Shown in pieces: positions 59,407 through 64,000 of a DNA stretch of 64,000 bases. This DNA comes from a virus (Duplodnaviria; Caudoviricetes). How positions within the stretch are numbered: position 1 is the stretch's first letter; each line of letters opens with the position of its first letter. The notes under the pieces are model-generated. The model was not told the DNA's origin and made no database searches. It saw only the letters and a list, made by a program, of their open reading frames with translations. The translations under genes and the position numbers were made by a program. The stretch spans positions 11,910-75,909 of IMG/VR virus record IMGVR_UViG_3300024283_000010; one strand, given 5' to 3'.

Positions 59407-59886
59407 ATGAACACACCTCAGATTTCAGCCGCTACGGCAATAGGAAAGCCGCCACTAACAATTCAAGAGCGCGAAATGTGGAATAATTTCCTTGAGTATT
59501 TAAAGAAAAAAGGAATACAGGGTAGTGCAGCGTTAGATAATCGCGATACCAATATGGGTCAGCAATTGATGGAAGAATACCGGAAACAAGACCCGCATTT
59601 CACATTAACGTATGACCGTGTGCCAGATGTTCAAAATGATTTACAAACCTACAGGCAACAGTTAGTGAATAAATACAAAGCAGACCCAACAATAATAAAT
59701 GGTATAAAGAGTGTTGATGAGATTATGCCAAATTTAAGTGCAGTAGACGGATGGCTAGGCAGTAAAACATCTCAACAAAGGTATCCGGGGGCTGCATTGA
59801 CTCAATCAGATGGCACTAAAATAGATTATGGGGTTAATCAAGCTGCATATGATGCCGCTATAGCCAATATGAAGAAAGCAAGATGA
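59407..59886 (+). CDS. Hypothetical protein in ejection gene region
   Basis: 159-aa ORF. Confidence 0.55.
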   Translation: MNTPQISAATAIGKPPLTIQEREMWNNFLEYLKKKGIQGSAALDNRDTNMGQQLMEEYRKQDPHFTLTYDRVPDVQNDLQTYRQQLVNKYKADPTIINGIKSVDEIMPNLSAVDGWLGSKTSQQRYPGAALTQSDGTKIDYGVNQAAYDAAIANMKKAR

Positions 59887-60329
59887 CAGAAACAACGGAA
59901 GAAATAGTTGTAAGTAAGCAGGAGAGATTCTTAGAATTTCTTGGCGAAGCTGAAAAGCTAATGGCGGTAAACCCATTACGTGATTTGCCAATAGGTCACG
60001 ATTTCACTGAAAAGATGTATATCCGTTCGGTGTTTATCCCGGCAGGCGCGTTCTTGACAAGTTACATTCATTTAACTGAACATCCCTATGAAATGTCGAT
60101 GGGTAAAATAGTTATCGGGACAGAAGATGGCTTAGTAACTATAGATGCACCGTATCGCGGAGTGACTAAAAAAGGAACAATTAGGTGCGGTTATGCTATC
60201 ACGGATTGTCTTTGGAGTACTTATCATTACAACGAAGATAATTGTCGTGATGTAGAAACGATTGAAAAGCGTATATTTAGTGATTATAATCCAGATAGAA
60301 AATGGCAGGAATTATCGCAGCCGGAGTAG
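59883..60329 (+). CDS. Cupin-fold protein preceding internal virion genes
   Basis: HDFTEKMYIRSVFIPAG...IHLTEH...G.I...TDCLWSTYH. Confidence 0.7.
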   Translation: MTETTEEIVVSKQERFLEFLGEAEKLMAVNPLRDLPIGHDFTEKMYIRSVFIPAGAFLTSYIHLTEHPYEMSMGKIVIGTEDGLVTIDAPYRGVTKKGTIRCGYAITDCLWSTYHYNEDNCRDVETIEKRIFSDYNPDRKWQELSQPE

Positions 60330-61000
60330 TAAGTGCCGGATTAGGGGCTTACAAAGCCATTGACGGGGCTAATCAGAAGGCAAAAGCTAACAGGTTGGCA
60401 GAAAGTAATATCTTCTCACCGGAAGAAATGCCTTATCAGGTGGGATTAGCTACTGACTTAGCGGCACGAAACTACACGAACGGTATGCCGGGAGAAGGGC
60501 AAGCAAGAAACGATATTAATCGTAATGCTGCATCTTCCTTTTACCGAGGTTCACAGGGTGCTACAAGTGGTGGAGATATACTTGATTTAGCTACCCGTAT
60601 TGGGTTAGGCACGAACAATGCAACGAACCAATTAGCACAACAGGGAGCGCAGTATAAAGCTAACGCATTAGGGGAGTATCAAAACGCATTAGGCAATCAG
60701 GCTAACTGGCAGGATAAACTTTATAAGAATAACACCTTACAGCCTTATTTGCGTACCGCTAACTTAGCAAGTTCCATGTATGGTGCAGGGGAGCAGAACC
60801 TTTATTCGGGGTTAGATGATATTGGAAGTTCAGTAGTTGGAGCGGCTACAGCGTTCGGTGGTGGGAATACCGGAACCAGTAATGCACAGCCACAAGGCCA
60901 ACCTGTTTTTAATTCACCTTACGCAACACCTATAACAACTAATAAAACACCTTATACACCTTATAAGATGCCTGATTATACAGGCTGGCAACAATTTTAA
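60302..61000 (+). CDS. Internal virion / ejection protein
   Basis: Hydrophobic Gly/Ala N-terminus and Gln/Asn/Ala-rich body. Confidence 0.7.
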   Translation: MAGIIAAGVVSAGLGAYKAIDGANQKAKANRLAESNIFSPEEMPYQVGLATDLAARNYTNGMPGEGQARNDINRNAASSFYRGSQGATSGGDILDLATRIGLGTNNATNQLAQQGAQYKANALGEYQNALGNQANWQDKLYKNNTLQPYLRTANLASSMYGAGEQNLYSGLDDIGSSVVGAATAFGGGNTGTSNAQPQGQPVFNSPYATPITTNKTPYTPYKMPDYTGWQQF

Positions 61001-61003
61001 CAA

Positions 61004-62623
61004 ATGGCAGATGCAACAGACTTAGGTGGTTTTGAAGGAACTGATACCGGAATGGGTCAGGGATTAGCCTATGTGCTGCCTCAAAGCAGGACAGTTGGAT
61101 ATTTTATGCAGTTGGCTAATGAAAAGGCACAGGAACGCCGTCAGCAGGCCGCAGCCTTAGCTAAAGCGCAACAGGATGCCAACGACCAGTACGCACAACA
61201 TCTGTATCAATTTAAAACCCCTGAAATAGCTAACGAATATACCAAATGGTTGCAGCCTAAGTTTGACGATTTATTAGGTCAGGCAGCGGACTATCATGCC
61301 AAGACGGGGCAAGACCCGTTTACTAATCCTGATTTTGTAAGGCAGACCAATGATTTAAATACAGTAGCTAAATCTACCCATCAGGCTAATGTAAGAGCGG
61401 TGGCATTAGGAACAGCATTGGCTGATAAGAGCAAGAACTATACACCTGAAAGTAAACAAGCGGCTACTGATTGGCTGCAACAATATTATAAAGACCCTGT
61501 AAAGGCACTATATACCGCACCACCGCCTTTACAGGAACGCAACTTGGATTTAAACGATGCGATTAAGCTAGGACACGCTAAAGGCAATGAACAGACTATA
61601 AACGGGTATAATGTAACAGTCCCTAACAGGCATGGGCATATTGTTCAGGCCCAAACCATATTAAGTCAACCTGAATTTGCACCCTATCTTGCGCAGAATG
61701 GTATTAATCCAACGGTAGGGGACGCTTTCGGACAGCCTAACGGAACAGGAGGTACTATTTATCCAACGGACGCACCCTCAGTAAATGCAACAGCCGACCA
61801 TATTATACAGAATGCAGCACAACCACACTTTGCAGCAACTTTGCAGGCAGCAGGAATTGACCCTGCCGACCCGCATGCTAAAGATAAGTTAGTTGAATTG
61901 ATTGCAAGGCAAAACGCAGGGTATGGCAAAGTATACAGCCAGTTTGCTGATGCTTTAGACGCTCAGGTTGAACCTAAGAAAATAGCCAATTACGGAGAAG
62001 ACAGGTTGGCCTTATCCGAAGCTAACTTAGATTTGGCACGTCAACGTTTGGAACTTGCAAAAGAAAAAGCAGCAAAGAAAGCACCAAGTCCTAACGCTAT
62101 TGAGCCACAAGATGTAGCACAAATACCATATTCAACAGCAGGCGAACAAGGTGGGTTTAACCTTAATGTTCATAACTACGTACCTGTAAAAAGCGGTAGT
62201 GTGGCATTTAGTGCATCACCTGATATTGATGCTACTACTGGTGGTAAACCCGAAGGGCTATCTCCTTTGAGTTCATTCAAGATAGCAGGCGTTGGTGATA
62301 TTCCTTTATATAAAAACTCAGGTGGTAATATTAAAGCAGGAACGCCAATAAGCCCTAAATATGAAGGGCAACCGGGAATGACTAAGTACAAACGTATGGT
62401 TATATTAGAAGGCCCTGACCCTAACGACCATACACAGACACGTAACTATTTGATGGATTATAATAAAATACCCGCTAATGTAAAGAACCAAAAGTCTTTT
62501 AAAGAGGCTATTTCTCAGTTTGAGCAAACGCCTGTTTATGGAAACGAGGAACAGCAAACTACACCATCAGGAACAAGTAAGGTAAACAAACACAAAAAAG
62601 CGGCTACTGATTACGGATTATAA
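61004..62623 (+). CDS. Internal virion / ejection protein
   Basis: 539 aa helical, Ala/Gln-rich. Confidence 0.65.
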   Translation: MADATDLGGFEGTDTGMGQGLAYVLPQSRTVGYFMQLANEKAQERRQQAAALAKAQQDANDQYAQHLYQFKTPEIANEYTKWLQPKFDDLLGQAADYHAKTGQDPFTNPDFVRQTNDLNTVAKSTHQANVRAVALGTALADKSKNYTPESKQAATDWLQQYYKDPVKALYTAPPPLQERNLDLNDAIKLGHAKGNEQTINGYNVTVPNRHGHIVQAQTILSQPEFAPYLAQNGINPTVGDAFGQPNGTGGTIYPTDAPSVNATADHIIQNAAQPHFAATLQAAGIDPADPHAKDKLVELIARQNAGYGKVYSQFADALDAQVEPKKIANYGEDRLALSEANLDLARQRLELAKEKAAKKAPSPNAIEPQDVAQIPYSTAGEQGGFNLNVHNYVPVKSGSVAFSASPDIDATTGGKPEGLSPLSSFKIAGVGDIPLYKNSGGNIKAGTPISPKYEGQPGMTKYKRMVILEGPDPNDHTQTRNYLMDYNKIPANVKNQKSFKEAISQFEQTPVYGNEEQQTTPSGTSKVNKHKKAATDYGL

Positions 62624-64000
62624 TGGCAGAAGAACTACAACAAGCACCAATACAGGAACAACCTATTCAGCAAGAAGGAGGCGGACAACCCGCTTATGTT
62701 GATAGGGTTTACTCTGCCCTGAAAGATAATCTGCAAGGCTTTAATAAAACACCTGAACAGTTTAAAGCATCTATGCAAGACCCTGCTTATGCAGCAAAGG
62801 CATATAGTGCTTTAAAGGACAACTTAGATGGGTTTAATAAGACGCCTGATGAGTTTTATCAGCAGGTAGGAATTAAAAAAAAAAGTGGTCAGACAGGTGG
62901 CGCGCCTACCTCACAGCCATTGCCAAATGGCTTAGGAACTATCCCCACTTTCCAGCAGCCTACTGAGCAGTCTAACGTTCAGCCTTATACCCCTGTAATT
63001 GACCCGCATCTTAAACAACAGTTACAAGCCCCTGATGTGCAACGCCAGCAATCGTTAAATAATGCAGTACAAGCCTACGGAGCAACGCATGGCGGTGAAA
63101 TACCCGTAGCCACACCAAGTATAGATGCTGTAAAAGCCTATAAAGCACCAACAGCTTTGCAACGTGTTGAAGGCGTAATAGGCAGTTTAAATAAAGGCGT
63201 AGAAGAAACTGTAGCCGCACCGTTATCTTATGCTATGAATAAAATCGGGGCATTAAGCGATGAGGATTATAAAAAATCATTAGACGCTGTAGCTAATAGC
63301 ACTGAAGCTACTTTTGGTATGCACCCTAACTACTTAAAAGAAGGTATGGGTGGCGTACAGAATGCGGTTAATGGCTTTGCCAACATGGCCCCTGCTTTAA
63401 TCGTAGCACCTTCAAGTGGCGGTACAAGTTTCGGCTTACAGCAGTTGGGTAATGCCGCGGTAGCAGTGAATAAAATGAAGGAGAATGGAGTTAAGTTTGA
63501 TAACCACTCTGATGATCTTTTCATTTTAGGAAGTGGCGTTATTGGTACAGCGTTGGGACGTGGGAGTATGGGGAGTGTGTTTAACTCACTTGGAAGTGAC
63601 GTTAAAAGTAATATCGTATCAGGCTTGACCGCAGATGTTATTAAGGACTTAGGCGAAAAGGGAACACAAGCTACAGCAGATGATATTACTAAAGCCTTTT
63701 TGAGCAAGGCTAACACACTTAGTGAAAAAGTACAGCAAACGGGATTAAAAGCCATTACTCAATATGCTAAGGTAGGAACAGAACTATCGGCAGCTAATGC
63801 AGCCACTTTTGGCACTAAGAAACTGGCTAACGCAGTAAGCGGCAATGAGCCATTTAAAGACACTACAGGACAAGATTTTGTTCAGGGAGTAGCAGAACCT
63901 TTCGGGCTGGATAAATATGCTCAGGGAAGCCCATTGACGGCATTAGGCAATATAGCCACCTCACCAGCAGCTATATTCGGTGCTATTGGTGGTGAGGTGG
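62623..64000 (+). CDS. Large ejection protein (partial, runs off window)
   Basis: ATG at 62623 coupled by TAATG; two N-terminal YSALKDNL.GFNKTP repeats; appears open to window end. Confidence 0.7.
   Translation, partial: MAEELQQAPIQEQPIQQEGGGQPAYVDRVYSALKDNLQGFNKTPEQFKASMQDPAYAAKAYSALKDNLDGFNKTPDEFYQQVGIKKKSGQTGGAPTSQPLPNGLGTIPTFQQPTEQSNVQPYTPVIDPHLKQQLQAPDVQRQQSLNNAVQAYGATHGGEIPVATPSIDAVKAYKAPTALQRVEGVIGSLNKGVEETVAAPLSYAMNKIGALSDEDYKKSLDAVANSTEATFGMHPNYLKEGMGGVQNAVNGFANMAPALIVAPSSGGTSFGLQQLGNAAVAVNKMKENGVKFDNHSDDLFILGSGVIGTALGRGSMGSVFNSLGSDVKSNIVSGLTADVIKDLGEKGTQATADDITKAFLSKANTLSEKVQQTGLKAITQYAKVGTELSAANAATFGTKKLANAVSGNEPFKDTTGQDFVQGVAEPFGLDKYAQGSPLTALGNIATSPAAIFGAIGGEV

Noticed and set aside
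62875-62884. A10 run in the large ejection gene as a phase-variation site
   Set aside because: In frame (Lys codons) in an AT-rich genome and in a probably essential gene; no evidence of variation.
41511-63755. Many antisense ORFs in the track (e.g. 41511-41762, 47667-48110, 48216-48605, 63330-63755)
   Set aside because: They are shadows of long, well-supported genes on the opposite strand and carry no recognisable motifs.
1-64000. Alternative genetic code, as in some crAss-like phages
   Set aside because: Large genes are intact in the standard code, TAG and TGA both serve as real stops, and no suppressor tRNA is seen.
1-64000. Diversity-generating retroelement, retron, integrase or invertible cassette
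   Set aside because: No reverse transcriptase, recombinase or template/variable repeat pair was recognised in this window.

Overview
This is a 64 kb section of a tailed dsDNA phage genome (Caudoviricetes). The host is inferred to be Bacteroidota from TAnnTTTG -7 promoter motifs and A-rich leaders without SD sequences. The right half is a podovirus-type late module resembling crAss-like/phi14:2-type phages: glycosyltransferase cluster, GroES-like proteins, TerL, portal, scaffold, major capsid, tail rings, split tail stabilisation protein and ejection proteins. The centre holds a lambda-like replication/recombination module (replisome organiser, DnaB, NinB, RusA, SSB). The left half holds small early/accessory genes, lysis genes, a solo TnpB, several homing endonucleases and a tRNA-like RNA with an expanded anticodon domain. 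The standout is a self-contained minus-strand cassette at 3941-5470: promoter, pseudoknot-like leader, a 188-aa RAMP/Cas7-like protein, a 147-aa accessory protein, a non-coding array and a terminator. The array is built of 57-nt units, each with 11 (NN-GGY-like) pentamers plus 2 extra nt. It looks like a non-CRISPR RNA-guided system whose guide information sits in the variable dinucleotides. All family assignments come from motifs read by eye; no database searches were run.
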